This document shows positions 36,418 through 44,822 of a DNA stretch of 64,000 nt, piece after piece. Made by a program: the position numbers and the translations under genes. Each line of letters begins with the position of its first letter. Positions within the stretch are counted from its first letter, which is position 1. A model generated the notes under the pieces. That model saw only the letters and a list, made by a program, of their open reading frames with translations, searched no databases and was not told the origin of the DNA. Source of the stretch: Dehalococcoidia bacterium (GTDB taxonomy: Bacteria; Chloroflexota; Dehalococcoidia; Lucifugimonadales; UBA1123); assembly GCA_034420955.1 (NCBI GenBank), contig DAOUKV010000024.1, positions 83,443 to 147,442 on the forward strand, in the 5' to 3' direction.

Positions 36418-37914
36418 GTGTCCACACTCGCAGACATACTCGACGGACATCCGGCAGACAGCGACGCGGTATTGGTTCCGGGCGGTCCGCGCGCCGGATA
36501 CGGCGATCTCAAAGACGAAGTGGAGCGGGTGGCGGAACTGCTCGCAGGGGCGGGCGTGGAGCGCGGGCGGGCGGTGTCCGTAGTGCTGGCGAACGGGTTG
36601 GATTTCCTGACAACGTTCCTGGCTGTAACGCGCGCCGGCGCGATAGCCGCGCCGCTGAACTCGGCCTACACCGCGGACGAGTTCCGCTTCTACATGGAGG
36701 ACGCGGAGGCGCAACTTGCGATACTGCCCCTCGGCGACCACGCGGGGCGCGAAGCGGCAGAGGGGCTGGGCATACCGACGCTCGACGCATCGCTCGACGC
36801 CGACGGCAAGACGCGGCTCTCGCGCGACGGCAAGACTCTCACGCGGCGCGTGGACGTCGCCGGACCGTCGCCAGACGACGTGGCGCTGTTCCTGCACACG
36901 TCCGGCACAACGAGCAGGCCAAAGGGCGTACCGCTTACGCACACGAACTTGGTAACCTCGCTCAAGAACATCGGCGACACATACGGGCTGACGCCGGACG
37001 ACGTGGCGCTTGTGGTCATGCCGCTGTTCCACGTTCACGGGCTGATAGGAGTCGCGCTCTCCACGCTTCGGACTGGCGGCAGCATAGTTGTGCCGGACCG
37101 GTTCAGCGCGAGCCGCTTCTGGGACCAGCAGCGCGCGACGGGGGCGACGTGGTACTCCGCTGTTCCGACCATCCACCAGATTCTGTTGATGCGGGCGGAC
37201 GATGAGGAAGCGCCACGCGAGAGCTTCCGGTTCATCCGGTCGTGCTCCGCCGCGCTCGCGCCAGCAGTGTTCCACGACTTGGAATCGCGGTTCGGCGCGC
37301 CGGTTCTCGAGGCATACGGCATGACCGAGGCGGCGCACCAGATGGCCTCGAATCCGCTGCCGCCCGGCTCGCGCGCGCCCGGCACCGTAGGGAGCGGCAC
37401 GGGCGTTGACATAGGCATCATGGACGACGACGGCGGTCTGATGGCGACGGGCGATACCGGGGAGGTAGTGATCCGGGGCGCGAACGTTACGCTCGGTTAT
37501 CACAACAACCCGACGGCGAACGCCGAGGCGTTCACCAATGGCTGGTTCCGCACGGGCGACCAAGGCATACTGGACGGCAGCGGGGTTCTGACGCTGACGG
37601 GCAGGATAAAGGAACTAATCAACAGGGGCGGCGAGAAGATCTCTCCGCTGGAGGTTGACGCGGCGCTGTTGGAACATCCGGCGGTCGCCGAGGCGGTGTG
37701 CTTCGGGGTGCCGGACGCGCATTACGGCGAAGCGGTGCAGGCGGCGGTGGTGCTGTCGGGAACGGTGTCCGAGGCCGACATCCGGGCGTTCTGCGGCGAA
37801 CGGCTGGCAGACTTCAAGGTGCCGGACAGGGTGCGAGTCGTAGAGTCGCTGCCGCGCGGCGCGACGGGGAAGATACAGCGCCGGAGCATGGCTGGGCTGT
37901 TCGGGGAGGAGTAG
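36418..37914 (+). CDS. AMP-dependent acyl-CoA synthetase/ligase (AAE3 / oxalate-CoA-ligase-like)
   Basis: AMP-binding motifs LHTSGTTSRPKGV, YGMTE and TGD...GRIKELINRGGEKI. GTG start. Confidence 0.8.
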   Translation: MSTLADILDGHPADSDAVLVPGGPRAGYGDLKDEVERVAELLAGAGVERGRAVSVVLANGLDFLTTFLAVTRAGAIAAPLNSAYTADEFRFYMEDAEAQLAILPLGDHAGREAAEGLGIPTLDASLDADGKTRLSRDGKTLTRRVDVAGPSPDDVALFLHTSGTTSRPKGVPLTHTNLVTSLKNIGDTYGLTPDDVALVVMPLFHVHGLIGVALSTLRTGGSIVVPDRFSASRFWDQQRATGATWYSAVPTIHQILLMRADDEEAPRESFRFIRSCSAALAPAVFHDLESRFGAPVLEAYGMTEAAHQMASNPLPPGSRAPGTVGSGTGVDIGIMDDDGGLMATGDTGEVVIRGANVTLGYHNNPTANAEAFTNGWFRTGDQGILDGSGVLTLTGRIKELINRGGEKISPLEVDAALLEHPAVAEAVCFGVPDAHYGEAVQAAVVLSGTVSEADIRAFCGERLADFKVPDRVRVVESLPRGATGKIQRRSMAGLFGEE

Positions 37915-37942
37915 GAGGAGGGCTCGTCGGAAGCGGCGTCCG

Positions 37943-38494
37943 CTAATCTAGCGAGAATATGTCCGCGACGGGCATCGACCAGCCTGGGATCAGTTCGGGG
38001 ATCTCCAGAACGTCGGATTCGGTGAGGGATACCACGTCAGCTGACGAGCGGTGTATTCGTACGGAATGGTCTCGCGTGTCGACTATGACGACAGCGATGG
38101 ATCCCGCTTCCAGCAGGTCTGAGATTTTCTCCGCGACATCTTCGGGTCTGTCGCCGGACTCAAGTATCTCGATGGCAATATCCGGCGGGCCGGGGAAATA
38201 GTAGGAATCACCGACGAGCGCATCTAAGCGTTCCTGAATGATGTAACTCACATCCGGGGCGCGAACGTGGTCGTTTGCGAGTTGGAAGCCTACTTTGGCG
38301 ACTGTCTGACCACCGAGGTCGTGGGCGCGGATGTGCAAACCTATGCTGTATATGATTCTGCTTCCTACAATCCCGTGGAAGAATCCGGAAAACGGATAGT
38401 GCCTCAGTTCGCCGCGCACCAGTTCGTGAGAGAAGCCGTCGTCCCGCAGCATCATGAACTCGTCAGCCGTCATGGCGCGCTTCGCCGTTTTCAT
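37943..38494 (-). CDS. Uma2-family (DUF820) PD-(D/E)xK endonuclease
   Basis: 183 aa with PDVSY...PDIAIEILE, the typical Uma2 catalytic motifs. Confidence 0.75.
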   Translation of the reverse strand: MKTAKRAMTADEFMMLRDDGFSHELVRGELRHYPFSGFFHGIVGSRIIYSIGLHIRAHDLGGQTVAKVGFQLANDHVRAPDVSYIIQERLDALVGDSYYFPGPPDIAIEILESGDRPEDVAEKISDLLEAGSIAVVIVDTRDHSVRIHRSSADVVSLTESDVLEIPELIPGWSMPVADIFSLD

Positions 38495-38617
38495 GCTGTA
38501 TCCTCCTGCGGGTGGTGCCGGGCATTATATCATGGAAGGACGGTGGGGTCGTGTCGCGCTTGCGGTGGGCGGTGGGAAATAGATATCGGATCCGGACGCA
38601 ATCGAGAGAGGAAGGCT

Positions 38618-40363
38618 ATGGGCAGCAGATTGACAGGAAACGGCGTTGAGAAAGTTTACGCGGCTGCCAGCGCGTGGGTGGACCGGGCGTTAAGAGCCGA
38701 TGACTCGCTGTTCACACCGGGCAAGGCTATATGGACAATTGAGAACATCCGGGAGGCGCGAAAGCGCTTCGTGGACAACCCTGATGAGTCTCGTGATCCC
38801 TTCTCCGTAAAGTTGGAGAGGCAACTCAGAGATAGCCCGCCGGAAGTCTACCAGGTCGTTGCTGAGGCACTGTACTTCTATTTCTTGATCGTAGCCACTA
38901 AGGATAGCGGCGACGAAGTACAAGCGATTGACACTATCCTAGGATGGTCATCGTCGCCCGTAGCAATCGGTCAACAATTTGTTGACGGTCTCACCCCAGG
39001 CATTGCCAACCCCGGAGTGTTCTTCCACACAGGCCGCCCGTACCAAGTAGGCTTCCTTATCGAGTTCATCGAGTACTGGAAAGAACAGACTCAGAGTGAA
39101 CGCGAACCCCTGCTCACTAATCCGTGGGCGTTCAAGAATTTTGTATTTGACATTGATTTCCGTAGCGAGTTGATGAAAGGCCGTCCTAGAGCACCACGCA
39201 CGCAACGAGAGGCGCTCCTTCACCTCGTCTTCCCAGACACGTTTGAGGCTATCGTCAACTCAGATCATAAGAGCCTCATTGCCAACGCTCAATCATTCGC
39301 GCAATTTCTAACAGAAGACACCGAGGACATTGACCACAAACTCCGACAGATTCGTCGCGGCTTGGAGGCTGAGGGCAAGGGCGGCAATCATTTATTCTAT
39401 GCGGGTTCGATTAGATCTCAATGGGATCAGGACTTCACGTGGAATGGGCCCGTTCTGGTTCCTTGTGAGAACAATTGCGGAACACCCCTAACCCCCCTCG
39501 CCGACGACCTATCCCTGCCCGTAGAGTTCCTAGAAGAGATTGAAACGCTTCTAAACGACAAGCGCAAGCGCCAAGTCATCTTCCAAGGCCCGCCTGGTAC
39601 GGGGAAGACGTTTGTGGCGCGGGCATTGGCGCGGCATCTGGCGGGGGCGGATGAGCGGGTTACGCTGGTGCAGTTCCACCCGTCCTACGCCTATGAGGAT
39701 TTCGTGCAGGGGTTCCGTCCGACTTTGAAAGACGGACAAGCGGGGTTCGAGCTGCGCGACGGGCCGCTTGTCCGGGCGGCGGAGCGGGCGCGGAATGATC
39801 CGAACCCAGACGCTAAGCACTTCCTGATCATCGACGAGATCAATCGGGGGAATCTGGCTAAGGTGTTCGGGGAGTTGTACTTTCTGCTGGAGTACCGCGA
39901 TGAGTCGGTTGAGTTGCAGTACCAATCGGAAGGCGACGCGGGCTTTTCGCTGCCGGATAATCTGTACATCATCGGGACGATGAATACGGCCGATAGGTCC
40001 ATCGCGCTGGTCGACCTTGCGTTGCGCCGTAGGTTCTACTTTGTGGAGTTTCATCCGAGCAAGTGGCCGATTGACGGGCTGCTGCGTCGCTGGCTAAGCG
40101 CGAAGGCGCCGGGTATGGAGTGGATCGCTGACGTGGTTGACACGGCGAACGAGCGTCTGAGCGATAGCCACGCGGCTATTGGTCCCAGCTACTTCATGCG
40201 GGAAGGGCTGGACGATTCAGCCGTCGAACGCATCTGGAAGCACGCGGTTCTGCCTTACGTAGAGGAGCAGTTGTTCGGCGAACCCGATAGACTGGCGGAG
40301 TTCTATCTCGACAGGCTGCGCGGTTCGGATACGGATGCCGCCTCAGAATCCGCGTCAGAATGA
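38618..40363 (+). CDS. mcrB: McrB-like AAA+ GTPase subunit of a type IV (modification-dependent) restriction system, with a roughly 330-aa N-terminal domain of unclear specificity
   Basis: Walker A is FQGPPGTGKTF, followed by VQFHPSYAYEDFVQGFRP, IIDEINRGN and GTMNTADRS, all McrB/AAA_5 signatures. The start is ATG 38618, because the longer ORF from 38267 overlaps Uma2 on the opposite strand. Confidence 0.85.
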   Translation: MGSRLTGNGVEKVYAAASAWVDRALRADDSLFTPGKAIWTIENIREARKRFVDNPDESRDPFSVKLERQLRDSPPEVYQVVAEALYFYFLIVATKDSGDEVQAIDTILGWSSSPVAIGQQFVDGLTPGIANPGVFFHTGRPYQVGFLIEFIEYWKEQTQSEREPLLTNPWAFKNFVFDIDFRSELMKGRPRAPRTQREALLHLVFPDTFEAIVNSDHKSLIANAQSFAQFLTEDTEDIDHKLRQIRRGLEAEGKGGNHLFYAGSIRSQWDQDFTWNGPVLVPCENNCGTPLTPLADDLSLPVEFLEEIETLLNDKRKRQVIFQGPPGTGKTFVARALARHLAGADERVTLVQFHPSYAYEDFVQGFRPTLKDGQAGFELRDGPLVRAAERARNDPNPDAKHFLIIDEINRGNLAKVFGELYFLLEYRDESVELQYQSEGDAGFSLPDNLYIIGTMNTADRSIALVDLALRRRFYFVEFHPSKWPIDGLLRRWLSAKAPGMEWIADVVDTANERLSDSHAAIGPSYFMREGLDDSAVERIWKHAVLPYVEEQLFGEPDRLAEFYLDRLRGSDTDAASESASE

Positions 40364-41595
40364 CGGGCGGGCGGGTGATGCGCGAGATAGACCTGCAAGA
40401 GTATCAGCCCAGCAAACCGATGCGGCTCTCAGTGGCGGAGCGCGATGCACTTGGAGATTCGGGGCTGTCGCTCGGAGTTAGTCCGGTTATGGGCGCTGAG
40501 AGCGAGTACGTCGTTACGCCCGGTTCGGTTGTGGGGGCGGTTGAGGTTGGCGGGCTCTCGGTACTTGTACGTCCCAAGTTCGGGATTCCGAAACTGCTTT
40601 CGATGGCGTGCTACGCTATGGGCGCGTTCAGACGGCGGGATCGTCAGTTCTTCGACTTCCGTGAAGATGTCTCGCTGCCGGATACGCTGGCGCTCGCGCT
40701 ATCGGCGGCGGCGCGCCGGGCGTTCGCGCGAGGGTTGCTATACGGCTACCAGACTGAGGAGGACGCGCTGTACACGGTGCGCGGGCGCATCCGGTTCGAT
40801 GAGCAGATACGGCGGCGGTTCGGCGTTCCCCTACCCGTCGAGGTCGTCCGGGACGAGTTCACGGACGACATCTTGGAAAACCGGTTGGTGAAGGCGGCGG
40901 CGCTGCGCCTGCGCGGGATGCGGTTGCGCTCGACCGAGGCGCGGCGCGGGCTGGCATGGGTGGCGGGGATGCTGGGGAACATCTCGGCGGTCGAGTATCC
41001 GGCGGCGAACGTGCCGAGCGTTACGTTCGACAGGCTGAACGAACGTTATCGCGGAGTCGTCGGGCTGGCGCGGCTGATTCTGCGGTATAGCGCGTTCGAG
41101 TCCGGGCGCGGCGGGGTGAGGGCGAGCGGCTTCTCTATGGATATGAATGTGGTGTTCCAGGAGTTTGTTGCCGTGGCGCTCAGGGAGGCGCTTGGCGTTT
41201 CGGATCGCGTTCTGTGTTCAGAGAAGAGCGTCGCGCTGGACAAGGGTGGTCAAGTATCCATGAAACCGGACCTTTCTTGGTGTGAGGGTGGTCGCTGCGT
41301 ATTCGTGGGCGACGCGAAGTACAAGAGGACGGATATTAGGAGTGCGCCGAACGCCGACCTGTATCAGTTGCTCGCCTACACTACCGCGCTAGACCTGCCG
41401 AGCGGCCTTCTGATCTATGCCAAGGGCGAAGCAGACCCAATAACGCACACGGTAGCGCGCTCCTGCAAGCGTCTGAGAGTCGCCGCGTTGGACTTGGACG
41501 GCGAGCTCGAGGAAGTTCTGAACCACGTCCGCCGGATTGCCAAGATGGCGATGGCGCAGCGCAACGAGGCGCGGGCGATTATGAGGGCGGCGTGA
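40360..41595 (+). CDS. mcrC: McrC-like nuclease subunit (PD-(D/E)xK)
   Basis: ATGA overlap with mcrB. The McrC-like N-terminus is GSVVGAVEVGGLSVLVRPK, and the C-terminal nuclease motif is PDLSW...VGDAKYK...YQLLAY. Confidence 0.8.
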   Translation: MTGGRVMREIDLQEYQPSKPMRLSVAERDALGDSGLSLGVSPVMGAESEYVVTPGSVVGAVEVGGLSVLVRPKFGIPKLLSMACYAMGAFRRRDRQFFDFREDVSLPDTLALALSAAARRAFARGLLYGYQTEEDALYTVRGRIRFDEQIRRRFGVPLPVEVVRDEFTDDILENRLVKAAALRLRGMRLRSTEARRGLAWVAGMLGNISAVEYPAANVPSVTFDRLNERYRGVVGLARLILRYSAFESGRGGVRASGFSMDMNVVFQEFVAVALREALGVSDRVLCSEKSVALDKGGQVSMKPDLSWCEGGRCVFVGDAKYKRTDIRSAPNADLYQLLAYTTALDLPSGLLIYAKGEADPITHTVARSCKRLRVAALDLDGELEEVLNHVRRIAKMAMAQRNEARAIMRAA

Positions 41596-41656
41596 GCGCC
41601 AACACTCTTGCCAGCCGTCTGGCGGTTCGTGCTATAATGTGGTTGCAATTTCTCGT

Positions 41657-41732
41657 GGGGATATAGCTCAATTGGGAGAGCGCGGCGTTCGCAATGCCGA
41701 GGTTGGGGGTTCGAGCCCCCCTATCTCCACCA
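41657..41732 (+). tRNA. tRNA-Ala (CGC)
   Basis: Acceptor GGGGATA/TATCTCC contains the G3:U70 alanine identity pair. Anticodon loop TTCGCAA, T-loop TTCGAGC, encoded CCA. Confidence 0.85.
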
Positions 41733-41789
41733 CCCTTCGCGTTCGCTCCGCTGTTGGTCGCCGCCTCATATTCGACGCGGAGTTCCGCT

Positions 41790-42521
41790 ATGTCCGATAA
41801 GTTTGGCGTGGAGTTGATACTCGGTTCGGGTCTGACGACGCTGGTCCACCTTGCGCGGCAAGCGACCTGCGCCCAGTTCGGCGCCGAAGACACTCTCCGA
41901 CTGCCTCTTCGGGTGACCCTTGTCCCATTCTTCGATATGCCCGAGCGGGGTCTGAGACGATTGGAAGACGACATTGCCGAGGTTATATCAGGGATGCCCG
42001 ACAAGGCGCTATCATTCTGGGTGTCCCAATCGGATATGGTAGTCAACTCGGCTACCGGCAGCGTCTTGATGAAGCTGGGACTGCATGGCGAGAGTGTTTT
42101 TTCGGTATTGGAGAAATCGCCGCCGAAACGGAAGAAGCGATCCCTGTTCGGCTTTGGACGCATCCGTGAAGATGACGCGGACGCCGAGCCGCCGGTCCAT
42201 CCTATGATGTCGCTCCAGCGCGAGATTTGGGAAACCGTGTCGCGCGCGCCGGGATCGCGAATCTTCAACCGGGACTTCGAGTTTCTGCCCCACCTTCCCA
42301 TCATTCATCGCAGCGGTCTGTCCAAGTCGGACCTTGCCGACGCAGCCGAATACGCGGCGCGCTCGATCAGCAACCTGGAAGCTACGAACGTTACAAGCCC
42401 GTGGCGTATATGGCTTGTACGCTACTCGTCTGAATCGGCGGGGGACGACTGGCGCGAAGGCAAGTGGTTGTCGGACGTTACGTGGCGTATCGAGCGGAGC
42501 TTTCGGCTGACCACCGACTAG
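41790..42521 (+). CDS. Hypothetical protein (243 aa)
   Basis: ATG 41790 lies within ORF 41694..42521, whose 5' end would overlap the tRNA. A weak two-lobed resemblance to 2H phosphoesterases (LRVTLVP, PHLPIIH) lacks the canonical HxT motifs, so I assign no function. Confidence 0.45.
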   Translation: MSDKFGVELILGSGLTTLVHLARQATCAQFGAEDTLRLPLRVTLVPFFDMPERGLRRLEDDIAEVISGMPDKALSFWVSQSDMVVNSATGSVLMKLGLHGESVFSVLEKSPPKRKKRSLFGFGRIREDDADAEPPVHPMMSLQREIWETVSRAPGSRIFNRDFEFLPHLPIIHRSGLSKSDLADAAEYAARSISNLEATNVTSPWRIWLVRYSSESAGDDWREGKWLSDVTWRIERSFRLTTD

Positions 42522-42635
42522 GACTCAGCGCAACTGCGCAAAGGGGAATTTTAGGATTCTCTCTGTTCTGCCCCACTTGTGCCCCTCTGCGCTGCCTGAC
42601 GTGTTACAATCGGCGGCGTTGAGGTGGAAGGGCTT

Positions 42636-43919
42636 ATGATTCAGAGAGCCATGAACATTCCGCATATCGCCGCGCTGCGACATCGGGACTACCTGCTGAC
42701 GTGGTCGTCGAATATGTGCTCAGGCGCGGGGATGTGGACGTTCATCGTCGCGGTGTCTTGGCTGATCCTCGAAAAGTCGGACAGCTCCGGCGACGTGGGC
42801 ATCGTAACATTCGCGTCCATGCTGCCGTTCCTCGTAGCATCGCCGTTCGCCGGGCTGATCGCGGACGCGATGGACCGGCGCGGCATCGCGCGGGTTACGT
42901 TCATCTCCAACGCTCTACTGACGGCCATAGTTACCGTTCTGGCGACTACCGGCGCCCTCACGCTGTGGCATCTGTCGGTTCTGACGTTCATCTCGGGCGT
43001 GATGCGCTCGACGCAGGAGCCGGCGATGTCGGCGCTCATCCCCAACCAAGTGCCGCGCAAGGACTTGCTAAACGCGGTAACGCTCAACGCCGCCACGCGG
43101 CACGGCGCGCGGTTCTTCGGACTGCTGGTCGCGGCGCCGATGCTGGCCATACCGGCGATCGGCGTTACGGGGGTGCTGATACTCAGCGCGCTATTCCAGG
43201 TTGCCGGAACCGTATTCATATCAGCCGTGCGCACCCGTTCCACCGGAGAGGTAATACTGGGGCGCAACATTCTGTCTGACGTGTTCGTTGGTCTGTGGAA
43301 TGGGGTCAGGTATATCTATACGAACAAGATGATCTCGATCTTCATCCTGCTGGTAGCGTTCCATTGCGCGCTGGTAATGTCTTACGACTCGGTGCTGCCG
43401 GTATTCTCGCGGGACACGCTGGGAGCGGTGGACGGCTCGCTACTGGGGTATATCGTGATGTCGTTCGGCGTCGGTTCGCTGATAGTAACGGTGCTGTTGG
43501 CAGGCGTGCGGGAGGAGCGCAACAAGGGGCGTTGGCTACTGTGGACGGGCGCGCTTGGCGGGCTTACGCCGGTGGCGCTCGCGTTCAGCCCGGACCCTTA
43601 TACGGCGCTGGTGGCGGCGGCGATCATGGGCGGGTCGCAGTCGGCGTTCATGGCGCTTACGACGACCTACGTGCAAACGATAGCCCCGGACAGACTGCGA
43701 GGACGCATATCCAGCCTGTACATACTGCACGCGGGCGGGATTATGGCGTTTGCCAACTTGGGGTACGGCTTCATGGCGGACGCGCTAACGGCGCCGCCGA
43801 TACTGTACGCGACGGCGGCGGCGTTCTTGGCGTTCCTGTTCAGCGCCAATCTGAGCGTGCCGGACCTGCGACGGATCTACCGGACGGGACAGGCGACACC
43901 GGCTGAAGCGGCGACTTAG
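42636..43919 (+). CDS. MFS transporter (EntS/MFS_3-like)
   Basis: About 12 predicted hydrophobic helices. The N-terminus LRHRDYLLTWSSN is typical of the family. A GTG at 42624 is an alternative start. Confidence 0.75.
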   Translation: MIQRAMNIPHIAALRHRDYLLTWSSNMCSGAGMWTFIVAVSWLILEKSDSSGDVGIVTFASMLPFLVASPFAGLIADAMDRRGIARVTFISNALLTAIVTVLATTGALTLWHLSVLTFISGVMRSTQEPAMSALIPNQVPRKDLLNAVTLNAATRHGARFFGLLVAAPMLAIPAIGVTGVLILSALFQVAGTVFISAVRTRSTGEVILGRNILSDVFVGLWNGVRYIYTNKMISIFILLVAFHCALVMSYDSVLPVFSRDTLGAVDGSLLGYIVMSFGVGSLIVTVLLAGVREERNKGRWLLWTGALGGLTPVALAFSPDPYTALVAAAIMGGSQSAFMALTTTYVQTIAPDRLRGRISSLYILHAGGIMAFANLGYGFMADALTAPPILYATAAAFLAFLFSANLSVPDLRRIYRTGQATPAEAAT

Positions 43920-43955
43920 CGTCGGAGAAGCGGGACTGGGAAAGGAATCGGACGA

Positions 43956-44822
43956 TTGGTCAAGAAAGCTGTGATTCCGGTGGCGGGCTTCGGCACGCGA
44001 TTCCTCCCGGTTACGCGCTCGGTTCCCAAGAATATGCTGCCGATCTATGATCGCCCTTCGGTGCACTACTGCGTGGAAGAGGCCGCGGCGGCGGGCATCG
44101 AGGAGGTGGTATTCGTCGTATCGCGCGACCAGGAGGCTATTCCGCGCTACTTCGAGAAGCAGATAGAGCTGGAAGCGGCGCTGGCGGCGCGCGGAAACGC
44201 GTCGGCCCTCGACGAGGCTCGATATATCTCGTCGCTCGCAACGATTAGCTGCGTGACACAGACTGAGCAGCTGGGGTTGGGGCACGCGGTACTAATGGCG
44301 CGAGAGGCGATTGGGGACGAGCCTTTCGCCGTGCTGCTGCCGGACGAGGTAATCTGGGCGGAGCGCCCGACCATCGGCAAGATGATCGAGGCGCGAGGGC
44401 GCGAGGGCGCCTTCGTCATAGCCATACAGCGCGTGCCGGATGAGGCGGTGCCGAACCTCGGCATCGTCGAGCCGGCGCCAGGTTCGGATGATACGCAGAC
44501 GCCGAGACTGGTCGGCATGGTGGAAAAGCCTCCGCTGGAGGAGGCGCCGTCGAACCTGGCGATCATCGGTCGGTATATTCTAGGGCATGAGATATTCGAC
44601 ACTCTGGAACGGGTGCAGCCCGGCGCGTTGGGGGAGATTCAGCTTACGGACGCGATAGCGGCGCATCTGGAAGAGCCGGGAGTGTACGGCTACGAGGTAG
44701 ATGGGGAGCGCTTCGACGTCGGTACTCCGCTGGGGATGCTGAAGGCGTCGGTAACCGCCGCGCTGCGGCGCGAGGACGTGGGCGCGGAACTGCGGGAGTG
44801 GCTGACAAAGTTAGCTGGGTGA
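43956..44822 (+). CDS. galU: UTP--glucose-1-phosphate uridylyltransferase
   Basis: KAVIPVAGFGTRFLPVT...K(N)MLPI and LGLGHAV motifs. TTG start. Confidence 0.9.
   Translation: MVKKAVIPVAGFGTRFLPVTRSVPKNMLPIYDRPSVHYCVEEAAAAGIEEVVFVVSRDQEAIPRYFEKQIELEAALAARGNASALDEARYISSLATISCVTQTEQLGLGHAVLMAREAIGDEPFAVLLPDEVIWAERPTIGKMIEARGREGAFVIAIQRVPDEAVPNLGIVEPAPGSDDTQTPRLVGMVEKPPLEEAPSNLAIIGRYILGHEIFDTLERVQPGALGEIQLTDAIAAHLEEPGVYGYEVDGERFDVGTPLGMLKASVTAALRREDVGAELREWLTKLAG

Noticed and set aside
36274-37563. 429-aa minus-strand ORF covering the acyl-CoA synthetase gene
   Set aside because: It is an Arg-rich shadow ORF with no motifs. The plus-strand frame has all the AMP-binding signatures.
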